The position numbers and the translations under genes are program-made. This document shows, piece by piece, positions 36,801 to 49,849 of a stretch of DNA of 64,000 bases. Each line of letters starts with the position of its first letter. Within the stretch, counting starts at the first letter, position 1. Origin of the DNA: Mytilus edulis (Eukaryota); contig NC_092349.1 of NCBI RefSeq assembly GCF_963676685.1, positions 33,604,001 through 33,668,000 on the forward strand, written 5' to 3'. Under the pieces are notes generated by a model. That model was not told the DNA's origin. It saw nothing but the letters and a program-made list of their open reading frames with translations, and did not search any database.

Positions 36801-39800
36801 ATAAAAATACCTGATAGTTCTTTGTAGGCATCAAGAGCCTCCTTCTGTCTTGAAATCCAAGATCCAGAACATTCAGGTTGTGATGCAATTGCTGAAATAA
36901 GGCATATACTATCAGTTCTCATTTCGGACAAAATACCACATGTAACTAACTGACCAACAGTCCCACAAATAAAACCTTTAAATTAATTCAAATCAAAATG
37001 TAGAAAAAAAAAAGACAGATGACTGGTTTAATATAGGTTAATTACAGATCAGGTTACATGTGTTTATTATGCAGTAACAACAATAGAAAAACATTATTAA
37101 CTATATTGTAAAAACCATCCTATGATAACTTTAATGCATTATTGATGCAACACCAAATTTATCAAAAGCTGCATATTATTGTATTCAGTTTTAGACTTCT
37201 TCTATACTTTATTATTTACAGACTTTAATAAATAAAATCTACATGTAATTCTGGTGGTAATTCCACGTTTCACATGCATGTCACAATATATTGTCAGAGA
37301 GAATAGAGTGATTAATATCTTGATGTAGGAAGATGTGGTGTGAGTGCCAATGAGACAACAATATATATACATGTAATACTAACTGTCAGTGTCTACACCG
37401 TCTGGAAAACCAGTCAGCTGTGTACGCTTCTCTTCAATCATATGACTGATGAGGAGTTCCTCTGCCTGAGTGGTTTTGGCAGCAGGACCTCCTCCTGTTT
37501 TTGGTCTCTTTTGTAGGTCATATTTTTCTCTACCTAAAAAGCATATATGTTTTTCAAATTAAGCAAGTTAAATATATTGGACTATAAAACAACTCAATTT
37601 CTGTTATTATGTCAATGGTAAAAGGGATTAAAGGGGATACAATTTGTACCGGAAATTATTAGGACAATATCAGCCAATCACATTGTGAGAAATCGTGATA
37701 ATATTAAACATACATTATAGAAATGTATCAACGATTTCACATCTAAAGGAAGCATTAATGTTTCCCCATTACACTGATGCCCCACTTGCACTATCATTTT
37801 CTATGTTCAGTGGACTGTGAAATTGGGGTCATATCTCTTATTTGGCATTAAAACTTTTAAAAACAAACATATCATGAGGAACATGTGTACGTGGGGCATA
37901 AAAATGTTGCAGTTAAAATGTACATTTTGAATATAGTATGGAATGAGAATTATTTTCTTAATTTTCTGTTGTTTTTCTAGTTCCCATTTAATGAAGCAAC
38001 AAATTGTTAAATTAATGTTGCCTTATGATGAATGAGATATTATACACCTGTTGACTGGGGGTGAGGGTAATAGCAAGTTTTTTGTGCCTGAGATACCAAC
38101 TATTGCTTGAGGCAAAGCCGAGAGCAATAGTTGGTAAGCGAAGGGACCACAAACTTGCTATTACCAGCACAACCAGTCATTAGCTGTTTTATTATACTGA
38201 ACAACACAGCCGCTAAGTGATTTTATATACAAAATAATTATTTTTCTAAGTGTATATATAACATCTGAAAGAAAAGAACTAGAGGCTCTCAAGATCCGGT
38301 ATTGCTCACCTGACTCTATTAGAGTTTGACGTTGCAAAGCATACATAACCAAGCAGAGTAGTCAATGACATCATTATTGTCCAATGAAAAATAAGCATAA
38401 AAAAGTATGGGAAAGATGATTATGAAACTATTAACCAGGGCAATAGTCTTTCAAATTATTGACTGGCAAATGTTTCTGTGGAATGAAATAGCACAACTAT
38501 TTCATTATTTTTTATATAAAAAAAACATACTGAGGTATAATAAATTGCTTTAGTATAAACACAACATGAAACTATTGAACTTACTTCTCTGTTTTAGGTT
38601 GTAGTACTTTTTCTTTACTTCTTCAGCTGTTCTTTTACGAACTGTAAATCTTCTGCATTAGAATTAAAAAGCCAAATGTTAATGAATAATAGGAAAATTT
38701 AGGCCCTGAAATTAATTTAAATTTAAAAGAATATGGATTTAAAATGGTGCTTAACTAATAAATAAAGGAAAATCAAATCATGGGCGACAATGATTAAATA
38801 AATAAATATTTGATAATCCCATTCTAAGCATTCAAACCCTCATTTATAACCGTTGACATGTTCCCCTACGACTATGTTCATTGACTCTGGTACCCAACAA
38901 AACAAAATATCATAGTGCACAGTATATGCTGTGCTTCTCAAGTTTCAGTCTCACTATTTAAGTACATAATAGACGTTTTCACAAGCAGGGAATTTAAAAT
39001 ATTTAACGGAATCACTAAACACACAAAAAATATGTTTGTTAGTCAATTCATTATGTCAGTTTATTTATAAAAACAAATCAACTAAATACCGTTCATTTAT
39101 AATGAAGACTTCAGAATAAAGTAAATGTTAGTCATTTGCCAATACACCTTATCGCTATTTGTCCGCCATTGCTGGAAATCACACAGGTTCCCGTAAAATT
39201 TTGACGTCATAAAACAAAATGTCTGACGCCACAATGGAAAAGTGATTGTTGTTGACGTCAAAAGTTCAAGCGGACGGGTCAGCCGGGAATAGCGATAAGG
39301 TGTATTGTCATGTTCATCGTGAATGAAAGAAAAGGGATACATGTATTTTCACATATTTTGTTATTTTCATAGCTTTGAGTATAGATAGTAAGGCATGTTA
39401 TTAACACTATTATGATGAAATAACATTGAACAGCAACTATTTTTAACAATTTTTTCTTGTTCAAATTGTAAAAACCTAAATAGCTTCAGGGGGTGCCCCC
39501 CTGACCACCTGCCTCGTTATAAACAGAAGGCAAGCTACGCCACTGAAATTACATTTAGTTTCCAGACTAGTATCATGCAGTTATATTGGCATTGCTGGGA
39601 CTGGGAACAACTCGTCAACTATTTTGTTGACAAAATCAATAAAGATATCAGGGCGAACGTGAAACAGTGCTAATCGCCAAATGGATCCGGATTCTTCCAA
39701 TTATATAATGACGAAGAATCTGATACAACTGACATACTCATTCTGAGAACGTTTAATAAATTGGGAAAATGAGAACCTACGCATTCAAAATATCACAGAT

Positions 39801-39956
39801 TTCCTTCCAGCCATTTTGCCGAATCGTAGCAATTTTCACATCCCCACAACCTTTCATTTTCCCAAAAAGGGCATCCTCCCTTTGATTTGCGTGGTCTATA
39901 AGGGCTAGCTCCTCGTCAGTGGTCCAGTTTGCACCTCTCTTGTTTTTTTCAGCCAT
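33897..39956 (-). CDS. Harbinger Myb/SANT-like DNA-binding protein, 7 exons: 39956-39781, 38652-38585, 37533-37384, 36891-36811, 35731-35645, 35009-34953, 34111-33897; ~277 aa
   Basis: GT-AG introns in compatible phases give MAEKNKRGANWTTDEELALI...GWKEICDILNA-RFTVRKRTAEEVKKKYYNLKQR-SREK...KTGGGP...GVDTD, an acidic linker and a C-terminal coiled coil. Exons 4-6 are less certain. Confidence 0.82.
38066..38165. repeat. Long imperfect hairpin element in a Myb gene intron
   Basis: Outer arms ggtaatagcaagttt / aaacttgctattacc, inner arms taccaactattgct / agcaatagttggta, apex ggc-aaa-gcc. Confidence 0.75.
39140..39307. mobile_element. Small MITE in Myb gene intron 1
   Basis: 20-bp perfect TIRs caatacaccttatcgctatt / aatagcgataaggtgtattg; flanks tcatttgc / tcatgttc resemble a decayed 8-bp TSD. 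Confidence 0.8.
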
Positions 39957-40261
39957 TATGGAGGCCACTAACAACAGAACTTACCTTGACAGACGACTCT
40001 ACCATCAAAACTCACCTGCATTTTCGCGGACTTTAGCACTCTTTTTTCGGTTTCAAGCACGAAAGAGTTCCGTCTACCGCTTACATCGTGGAGAAAAAAA
40101 TTCTCAGCTGAGAAAAAATATTCTCAGCTGAGAATATTCTCAACGTTGAGAATATTTTTTTATGGCGGATAAAAAAGTTCTCATTCTTAGCTGAGTAAAA
40201 TAATTCATTCTGAGAATATTTTTTTACTCAGCAAAAAAAAGTTTTATGGCGCCGGGGCCAG

Positions 40262-40299
40262 AACTGTAAACGGAACGATCAAGGAAATGGACCAACATG
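40262..40299 (+). CDS. Remainder of C1qDC coding exon 1 after the Harbinger
   Basis: Removing the element plus one CAG gives ...SKEIR-TVNGTIKEMDQH-G|gtacgt, a phase-1 donor at 40300. Confidence 0.85.
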
Positions 40300-40696
40300 G
40301 TACGTACATAAAACATTCTTCACATTATCTAATAATCTATTATCATATTGTAGTATACTGAGTGACTGGCAACCATTTTGTCATTCGACATCTATTTTAA
40401 TTAATAAATCCTTTAATAACAATGACTTTTCCTGCTTCGAACAACATTCATTAACAAAAATCAAGCATCTTCGACGTTTACCTTTTCGGATTTTCTTTTA
40501 TCAGGAAAACGCAGGATTGAAATTAAGTCCAACCGTGTCGAGTCTGATGTTGCTCAAATAACTTTTTGAGTAAATCTTGAAATGCATGAAATGCAATCTT
40601 AACACTACGGGATTGACTTTTAATATCTAAATCATCCAAGGTTTATTATTAATTTTTAGATACACAAAAACAGTGCATTTATTTAAACACTCTTTA

Positions 40697-41380
40697 AGGG
40701 GCACTAGCTACGAGATATATAAAAAGTCTAAAGTATGATTTTTTTTTATCAATCATTAATGAAAGTCAAATAGTGAAATAATAATTTGCTTTTATCAGCT
40801 AAAATAGTTCAATTTTGTCAAATAAAGCTAATAAACATTGATAATGAGTTATTCACTTGCAAGTGAAAAACTCGACCTCATTAAATCCGTATTCATGTGA
40901 ACTCCAATTTAACTCCGTAGAAAGAGACAGTATTTGCATGCATTGCCCGTGTATGGTTATTTAAAGGAAAATAATGTCAACATTGAAAGTGAAACAATCG
41001 TAAATAATTTGTTGACTAAATCAATCCACAATTTTTTTTCTTATAAAGGTAAAAACGACGATAAACATAAATTTAAAATTTATAAAACAAAATTTAACAG
41101 ACCTATAAAAATATAATTGCACGAACTTCTTGATCTATTTATATCTTTGTTTATGTTTCCATCGCTTATATGGTCATAGAAGGTCAACTCGATAGTTAAT
41201 TAGATGGCGTCTTGGCTAAAATTCTTACCAAACGAAGCTACATCTTATCGAGACCATGGCCTGTAAATTGTTTATCTTTTACTTTTGATAGTTTGGGAAA
41301 ATGTTTAAGAGTGTTACAATTAAACAATATATTAGAATTTGAATCAAATCGGTGAACATGAATTTGAAGCTAGTGCCCCT
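40697..41380. mobile_element. Non-autonomous DNA transposon at a TTAA-like site (Kolobok-like termini)
   Basis: 13-bp TIRs aggggcactagct / agctagtgcccct flanked by ttta / ttaa. Confidence 0.7.
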
Positions 41381-43499
41381 TTAACATGATATCCATGAAA
41401 TATTTCCTATAGAAATCATTGGTCTTATGAAATGGATCTCAAACAGACTTGCTTGATTTAAGATCTAAACATGAATGAAAAAGTGTTTGGTTGTTTAAAA
41501 ACAAAATAATAAGTATTTGAAACAAGATTGGAACAAATTGTCTGTACCAAACGAAAGTCCCCCCTTGTTAGCCACAAGATGAGTGGTGAGTTCAAAAGAG
41601 ACACATGGTCACATTTTAAAAGTGCCTCAAGTCACCCATTTTAGTAAAGCTTTGACTAGAAGTTTTTTGCACTTAGTAAATACAGCTGTTTCTTAAACCC
41701 CGTCTCTTTTGGGTAGATCTGTAAAATTCATAGATAATTTTATTTGTTGACATTATGGTTCCCAGATATGAACTCTATGTTTTATAGAGACATGATATCA
41801 GACATAACTTGGGACTGTTACCAGCATAACAATATACTATATTGCTGTGAAAATGAGTTCTGAAGTAGGAAAAAAGTAAAGGAAAATTCAAAACAGAAAA
41901 TCCAGTAACAAACCACAAAATTTAAAGCTCATACGCATCAAACATGCAAAACGGGTTACTTAGTGCAACCTACACTGACATTTCGTCAAATAGAAAACTC
42001 TCTAAAACACGTTTTTCTCACAACAGTACTTGTTTATCAGAAATATAGCCTTATAGAAATCACTGTATAAACTCTCTATATAAGTTTTCTGTTAAATAAT
42101 TTTAAAATAATAAAATGATAGCATGTACAAGTTAATCATCTGTTTTATGACAATATGGGGTAGACATTTTTCTCAGTTTTTTGCACCTAGGTCCTCGCAT
42201 TTACTAAATTATATCTCTGTAATTTTTGAAGCCCCTTATAACTTGCTCTTTGGTATGAGCGTACGCTCTGTGTTGAAAACCGCACCTTGACCTATAATGT
42301 TTTAGTTTTATAATTTCACAATCGTAGAAATGGAAGCCATTTTAGGGATGACGCGCTGCCAATTTTGCTCTTGAAAACCGATAAATTTATCCGCATAACA
42401 CCATTGCGATCCTTATATGTCAGTTGTATTTTAAAAGACAAATGTATCTACTAGCTAATGAGCATTAGTTAATGATCTTGTCTGCATTGATTCAACTTAG
42501 AATTATTGTCTAATCGGTTGTCATGTGGAATTTTTGAAAATTCATAAATATTTAAAAGAATTCTAATTAAATATTTCGTGGAAGAGCAGACTAGATTTCT
42601 TTAGTGGTTGAACACTATAAACCTTAGTGTTCACCCAAAAAACATTATGAATTTTCAAATATATCTTTTTTCATCATCCAACTTGAAAGACTGTCGTCAA
42701 GTACTTTTATTAAAAAAAATAGCTATTCGAACACTCTGTTTTTATGATTCATTAGATAGGTATTTCATTTGACCCATATAGTTCATCTTTTAGTACCGTG
42801 ATTTTTTAGGTTATAAAGTCAACCTGTAGCTTTGATATATAAAAATGATAGAATCTGAAGCGAGATCATGTATTAAATATTCTTGCTTTGTACGTTTTCA
42901 AGACAAAATATTCAACTGAAACACGCCCTGACGTAAAATGTGCACTTGATTTTCTCTTTTCGATACAATTGTTACCCATTTTTTAGAATTTTTTCTTGAG
43001 TCACATAATGGAAGGGCAGACACGAAAATAACGAGACAACGCTCAACTATAGCAAAATAACGTAGAAGCTAAATAAAATATGTGTCATACCAACTAAAAC
43101 AATGAAACAAAGACACAATGCATAGTCAGCTATGAAATGTCTCGAAATGAGAAATGTAAGACAATTCAAACAAGAAAAATGAGGGCTGATTTGTGTTCAA
43201 ATCAATAAACGGAAAAAGATGTGATATACATCGACAAATAACAACCATTAAATGAAGACAGACATCCAACGCGAGAAATTCTAAAATCAATGAAATGAAA
43301 CATTTATTCCTATACATGTTTCCTCTGACAACTTCACAACAATGCATTGGAAAAAAACACCTTTTTATTTCATGATTGTAGCACAAAGTAGTTTTAATTT
43401 GTCATTTTCTTCACTTTTTAAAAAATGACTCGGTCAACATTTTTACATCAAAATAAACTTATAAGAATAAACATTCAACCTTAAAACATTTATTCATTA

Positions 43500-43666
43500 T
43501 CACTTAACTAGTATATACATTTGTTTAAGGGCCAGCTGAAGGACGCCTTCGGGTGCGAGAATTTCTCGATGCATTGGAGACCTGTTGGTGACCTTCTGCT
43601 GTTGTCTGTTCTATGGTCGGGTTGTTGTCTCTTTGACACATTCCCAATTTTCATTCTCAATTTTAT
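43500..43666 (+). repeat. Solo Naiad 3' pseudo-LTR fragment in the C1qDC intron
   Basis: Aligns to 13530-13692. Confidence 0.85.
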
Positions 43667-43847
43667 ATGACATATGTTCTGAACGATAATTTTTTAAAAG
43701 GAATTTCATAACCCGTCGTTGTTCCACTTCTGTGTTCAAGAAAGTAAACTGCATTCAAAATATTCTAATGTTTGTAAGTTACAACATCATTACTATATTT
43801 AGGTTTAATTTCAGGTTACTTTTGAAGATTTTTCATTTTAATTTCAG

Positions 43848-44233
43848 TGGCCTTAACATCATGTGGTAAAAACGATGCAGATTATATCGGTGGACATCTT
43901 ATAAAGTTTCCAGTTACTAAAACTTCAATAGGAATTAATAATATTGCAGAATTCGTGAAAACTGGACAGTTTAATTGTTCAAAATCCGGTGTGTACCTGT
44001 TTTCTGTGTTTGTTACGCGTGTTGGCAATGGTGATTCACAATTCGGAATGTACAGAAACGATCATCCTATCTCATCTGTAATGATTGAATATGGCGCAAA
44101 GGGGAACCATTTTTCAGGATCGGGAACTGTTGTCGTTCAGATATCTGCTGGTGATATCCTCTCGGCAAATACCGTTAGCAGTTTCCGTGTCAGTGGTACT
44201 TACAGCTGTTTTACTGTAATAAAAATTTATTGA
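43848..44233 (+). CDS. C1qDC terminal exon (globular C1q domain)
   Basis: atttcag acceptor, phase 1 (G+TG=Val): VALTSCG...LIKFPVTKTSIGINN...GQFNCSKSGVYLFSV...SGSGTVVVQISAGD...YSCFTVIKIY*. AATAAA at 44261. Confidence 0.9.
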
Positions 44234-44859
44234 AACTTTGAAGTTTAAAATTGTAGAACCAATAAATGTGGTAAAGGAGATAAGTTGAACAGACTATACT
44301 ATTTAAAGTATGGATATATTTGAAATAGGCCTATTTATAATAATGATGTGAAATAATGTCGATATGACTAAGGACTATGAATAGGTTCAAATTTTCGTAG
44401 TCACAAGTACGTTTTTTTTGTATGTTAATCATCGATCTTTTACTTGCATTGCACAAGGCGATGGGAGCTTATAGTGAAGCAGCACCTCCTCATCCTTCTG
44501 CTGAGAATCCTGAGATCATGAGTTTGGGTGAGGTTCATGTTACTCAGTTTTGTATTTTGTGTAGTTGTTATAGACTGCTCCTTGTCATTCAGTCGGTCCT
44601 TTATTTGGCCAGGAAAATGTCTTTGATTTTAATGTCCGCTCTTATAATATTTTTTCACGATAAGAGACAGGACAATTTAATTTGAAAAAAAATCTTTGTT
44701 TAAGGGCAGTCGATTATTAAGTTGCTTGCAATATAACCTCTGGTTATATTTTTTAGCAATGAAGAGATATTTGTTAGTAATATTTTGAAACAACTGGAAA
44801 CCTTTATATACATTTGTTCGGTTAGTTATTTTCGAAATGCGTAAATGAATAGAAAGGGG

Positions 44860-46765
44860 AAGATTTCAAATGGGACAATAGTCGAAAATAAATTGACAAC
44901 GCCACGACAAGGAGAAAACAACGAATACAAACAGCACACAGAACACAATAAAAAAAACCAAAAAACATCACGAATACCGCCAAATACAGGGGTGATTTCA
45001 GGTGACTCGGAAAGGTAAACAGATCCTGCGCAACATGTTGCACCCGTCGTGTTGCTCATGTTAGTACAAATGGTTAAACTGGTGATATGTCTATATGACT
45101 ATATTGACTTTTGATAAGTTATAGTCAGCTTAGGTTTGAGTCTGGTACTGGCCTGACCCTACTAATAAAGTTTAAGGTATTCTTTAACTTTACTTTTTGT
45201 TATATCGATGCTGTTCTCTCACTAAATAATTCTAAATTTGGTGACTATGTTGAACGCATCTATCCAATCAAACTAGAGATAAAGGTACAACAGATACAGA
45301 TAAATATGTATCGTATCTTGACTTACATCTGGAAATTTACAATGAGGGTCGGCTAAAAACAAAACTTTACGACAAAAGAGATGATTTCAGCTTCCAAATT
45401 GTGAACTTTCCAATTCTATGTAGCAATTTTCCAGCAGCGCCCCAATTGATAGGATATTCCCGGGCTTGTATTTTATATCATTATTTCTTCACAAGGAAGC
45501 TATTTAACCAGGAGTTTTTACAGACGCCATCACGAGTTGGTTGAGTGTTATGGACTATCCATTTATAAACAGATGATAGCGGATATGGTAACTACAATCC
45601 CGTTCATTATTCAAGAATGTGACCTATGTATACCGAAATAGATTTTTTAACGGTTTTGTACAAACATGAGCAAAACACGTGGAGTAGGATCTGCATACCC
45701 TTCCGGAGCACCTGCGATCGCCCCCAAATTTTGAAGGGGTTCGTGTTGCTTAACCTTTACTTTTCTAAGTTGTGTTTTGAGAACTATTATTTATCTGTTT
45801 GTCTTTTTCTTCTTTAGCAATGGCGTTTTCATTTTATTTAAGATTTAGGAGTTTAGATGTCCCTCTAGTATCTTTCGTTTATCTTGAAGAAAGGATACAT
45901 TATATACAATATAGTCTACCCCATATATTGTCCTACATTTGGAAGTGGACAATGAGATCAAACTTTGGGCAACAGACGATTTCAGCTTCCTTAATGTTAA
46001 CATTGCATTTCAATGCAGCAAAACTCCTACAGCGCTAGCTAATGGTTTACATATATCCCAACTAATACGATATTCCAAAGGTTGTATACTGTATCATATT
46101 ATGATTACCCTGATATTTGAGGTCGAATGTCACCTACCGAATTATACTTATCACCGGTAGTCTACTTACATGGAGGGCAACACGATGGCTGTCGTATGTG
46201 AAGTAGGATCTACTTACCTTTCCGTAGAATATGAGATCGTCCCGAGTTTTTTGCAAAAGCATGTGTTGCTCAGTCTTTAATTTAAAATGATGTGTTGTGC
46301 GCGCTGTTGTTTGTTTGTCTTCTTCGTTTTCACAACCATGACGTTGTCATTTTAAAAAACGGATTGTGATGCTTCTTGTTTATATGCTGTATTATGGAAT
46401 CTTTTTATATGGCAGTGTCCATGTTGTTTATATATGTTATACATGTACTAGCATTCATATATATATCACGAAACAAATGTTCCCTGGGTAACAGATACAA
46501 AATTGGCGAAGGATATCAAACATGTCAAAGCAACATTCGAACTTATAAGTCAAAAATAAACTGACAACCCCATGCCTAAAAAAGAAAAAAGAAAAACAGC
46601 CAACAAAAGTACACGAAAACAACATAGAAAACCATGGATTCAGCAACACAAACCCCACCAGTTATTATATCAAGTGTTCCGGAAGAGTGCGTATATCCTG
46701 CTCCACATGTGGCACCCGTCGTGATACCCGGTGATAAGAGTAATGAGATAGGTCACATTCGGGAA
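44860..46765. mobile_element. Cluster of decayed Naiad-like RT and 3' UTR fragments in alternating orientation
   Basis: Plus-strand RT relics FNFTFCYIDAVLSLNN...IYPIKLEIK...KLYDKRDDFSF (45180-45440) and DDFSFLNVN...HISQLIRYS (45955-46080). Minus-strand copies of the related 3' UTR at 44860-45060 and 46510-46765. Confidence 0.75.
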
Positions 46766-47174
46766 AAAAATCATTTAATATAGTGTAATGAACTGGCTAT
46801 TTCTGTATTGGAACTGTGATAGATTCTCGATTCTAATATGACGTTCGTCTTTAATTTTGGATACAAAGCTTTGTTCTTATTCCAATAAAATATAGGCTGC
46901 ACGTGATTGATGTCACAATTTAAATTGCAACTTTAGATGCATTTTTAACAACGCCGAAGATCAAAATGAACATTTTTGTTGGTGTTGCTCGCTAGGAAAT
47001 TAAATAAAAACATTATAAAAGTAAGTTTAAATGTGTCTTCTTTTTTATCTTTATAAACTTTCGATTTTTTTCCTGTAACGTTTTAAGGTTCTTTAAATCA
47101 AAATAGCGACATGAAGAGCATGTATTAAAGGTCCGCTTCGAAGTACAAAAGTTCGATGTATTCCTTTCAGAATC

Positions 47175-47332
47175 GAAATAACTCTATCATGCCTCTTTGC
47201 TAATTTTAACATGGGTAGGCATTATATTTGTCAACATTTTATACCTCGTAAACGCTCGGTCTTAACATATTGCCAATATAATGCCTACCAATGCTAAAAT
47301 GAGCATAGAGCATGGCACGAGGAATTATTTCT
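47175..47332. repeat. Long imperfect hairpin element
   Basis: Perfect 15-bp arms ggtaggcattatatt (47214-28) / aatataatgcctacc (47275-89), extended by imperfect outer arms. Confidence 0.7.
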
Positions 47333-47884
47333 CAATCAGCTGTGTTGACCCTGGACTTAATAACACCATATATGTAATAAACTTATTAAAACTGCCTTTG
47401 CAATAAAAAAAAAGTGTTAACTCTGCAAATACAGAATAACTCGGCCAATATTGATTTTCCTGTTTTGCCGAGTTCTTATCCGGCAAATACAGTATTTCAG
47501 ACCGTCTCGAGTTTTAGATTGAAAGTCAGAATCAACACAAACTTGTGCATGTAAATGTAAAAAAAAGACGTTGTTTATTAACTCACCAAAAACAAATCGA
47601 AACGTTCATTGTGGCAAATATAAGCATGATAAGGACATTCTTAGTATTTCGAAAAATTTATGCTTTTGCAAACAGTAAATTTATAGAAATGACCATATAC
47701 TTGATACTCATCTCAAATATCTAAAATTATCTCTACACAATCAAACATTGCTTATTTTTCATAGAAAAATAAAACGAAATTAAAAGACATATCGATGAAA
47801 CAATTTATACAATTTCACTAGCCAAAATTTAAAAGGATTAAATTATACCTTTATTTATTCCACTATGTATTTATGCACGATATA

Positions 47885-49127
47885 AACACTTGGAAAAAGG
47901 TATTGCAACACCAAATTGAAATTTAAATTAACAAAACACTCTTTTATTTTTTTGTGATATAATTTGTTGAGTAGAACTAGTTAAACATCAATTAAATATC
48001 ACCCAAGTTTAATCAATAAATATCGACTCGATAAGTTCTTATCTGCACATGCATCTACTGTACTCGTAAACAATAAAACAGATGTTTTTATCCTCACTGT
48101 TTTCAACACTTTGAATAACCAAGTTTATAAAGTTTATGAAACCTTGTAATTGGTCATCCACATCTCTGCATGAGAGAAGCATGTATGTCGCTGTGACAAT
48201 TGCAAGTATTGATGGTCATCAACATTCCACTATAATTCGTTTTGAGAATAAACATCAGGCTACAAACGATGTTAAAAACCTCCGAGATCAAGAAAACCCC
48301 CTATAACATCTGCTAGGGAAAATCAAGCATAATGAAGGTTGGTCAGAATGAAACCCATTGCAAACAATACAATCATAAAAAGAGAGGGATGAACATACAG
48401 GAGCCATTTAACAAGAACTGTTCGAGATCGGCTCATCGCTACTGGTTATCGTGCGATAAGACCATTTTGGGGACCTTTGCCTACAAACAGACACACCATT
48501 GCCCGTATCCAATATAGTGCAGAGCTCGCCAAAGTTGGAAATTAGCATCGTAGAGGAAGATCCATTGTTCCAATGGAATTCTGTTTATCTTCCGCGACCC
48601 GAACGTAGCCCGAATTTCAACCATATCGAGCATATATGGGACAATGTTGGGCGTAAAGTGCACGAAAGGACACACCAGTTCAAACATGTCATGAAAAAAA
48701 CGATATCCTTCGTCAGGAATGGTTGCTGCTACCTATGCAAAACAATAGTCGACTTATGGCAGAAATCAGAAGACGTTAAGATGCGGTTATCCGTTTGAAT
48801 GGAGGCTGCGCACAATGTACTAATTCTTTGGCGTATAACAATCAACCATGATGTGAACAATCATCTAAAGTTTAATTTTGACATTATAAAGTTCGACTAC
48901 AGAAAAAGTAGTAAAATGCATTTTTTAGTACAAAAAAACACTTTATTTTGTTATAAAAATTTTGGTTAGATAAAGCCTTTTTTTCATATTTTTTTTAATG
49001 CCAATGATATCATTAACTACGTTTCAATATTATTTTACAAATATTTCATCATATTCTTTTCAAAATAAGAGGCTGATTTTTTAAGTTTTAAAAAATCAAG
49101 GTGTTGCAACACTTTTTTCCATGTGTA
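47885..49127 (+). mobile_element. Internally deleted Tc1/mariner transposon
   Basis: ~28-bp imperfect TIRs (47885-47912 / 49100-49127) flanked by TA. Transposase relic LPRPERSPNFNHIEHIWD matches the Tc1 WP..SPDLNPIE..W motif. Confidence 0.82.
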
Positions 49128-49229
49128 TACATAACTAGATTGTGTTACATTATGTATATGCTTTCTTTGAATATGTCAAAAAAGAATATACAACACCATC
49201 GGATAGTCGAATAGTTTAAAGATCACCTT

Positions 49230-49392
49230 TAGTTCTTGGTGGGGTTCGTGTTGCTTATTCTTTAGTTTTCTATGTTGTGGCATGTGTACTATTGTTTGTC
49301 TGTTTGTCTTTTTCAGTTTTGGCCATGGCGTTGTCAGTTTATTTTCAATTTATGAGTTTGACTGTCCCTCTGGTATCTTTCGTTTCTCTTTG
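49230..49392 (+). repeat. Solo 3' end of a second Naiad-like family
   Basis: ggggttcgtgttgct...gccatggcgttgtcagttt...gtccctctggtatctttcg matches 45735-45880, which follows RT relics. Confidence 0.65.
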
Positions 49393-49849
49393 ATAACAAT
49401 TGTAGGGTTTATGACATTTCCCTACGTTTGACACCTCAATAAAATCTTGTTAGGGAAATTTTTAGTTTGTTACATCTTTAATTGCTGTATGTTTTACATA
49501 TTCTTACTTTATAAAAATAGTTTTACTAACCCAGTATCAATACGGATGTTTTTCTAAATCAATTTGCTGTTTACAAATCTCTAAATCGTTTTCAGTTATT
49601 GAATGTATCTCTTATTGTATAGATCTGATTCATTGCAGCGGCTGCGCTTTTTTGGGGACATTATGGTTAATAAGCTCTTCAACGTATGTATAAGATGTTG
49701 GACTTTTTAATAGTGAGGCCTCGAGCATTACTGATCGACATGCATCTTTGATGTAATACACGTTGTCTGTTACTGTTATGAATGAGGGGAAGTTTAGAAA
49801 TGTTTTATATATTGGATATAAACTCAGAAAAACAATTTTCTATTAAGAA

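Larger units (their letters stand above)
27099..40258 (+). mobile_element. Autonomous PIF/Harbinger DNA transposon, 13,160 bp
   Basis: Perfect 19-bp TIRs gccccggcgccataaaact (27099-27117 / 40240-40258), 3-bp TSD CAG (27096-98 / 40259-61), and convergent transposase and Myb/SANT genes. Confidence 0.95.

Noticed and set aside
37446-37465. CTGATGA followed by a small hairpin
   Set aside because: No GAAA box; it is the antisense of Myb exon 3. The CTGATGA near 50797 also lacks the rest of the core.
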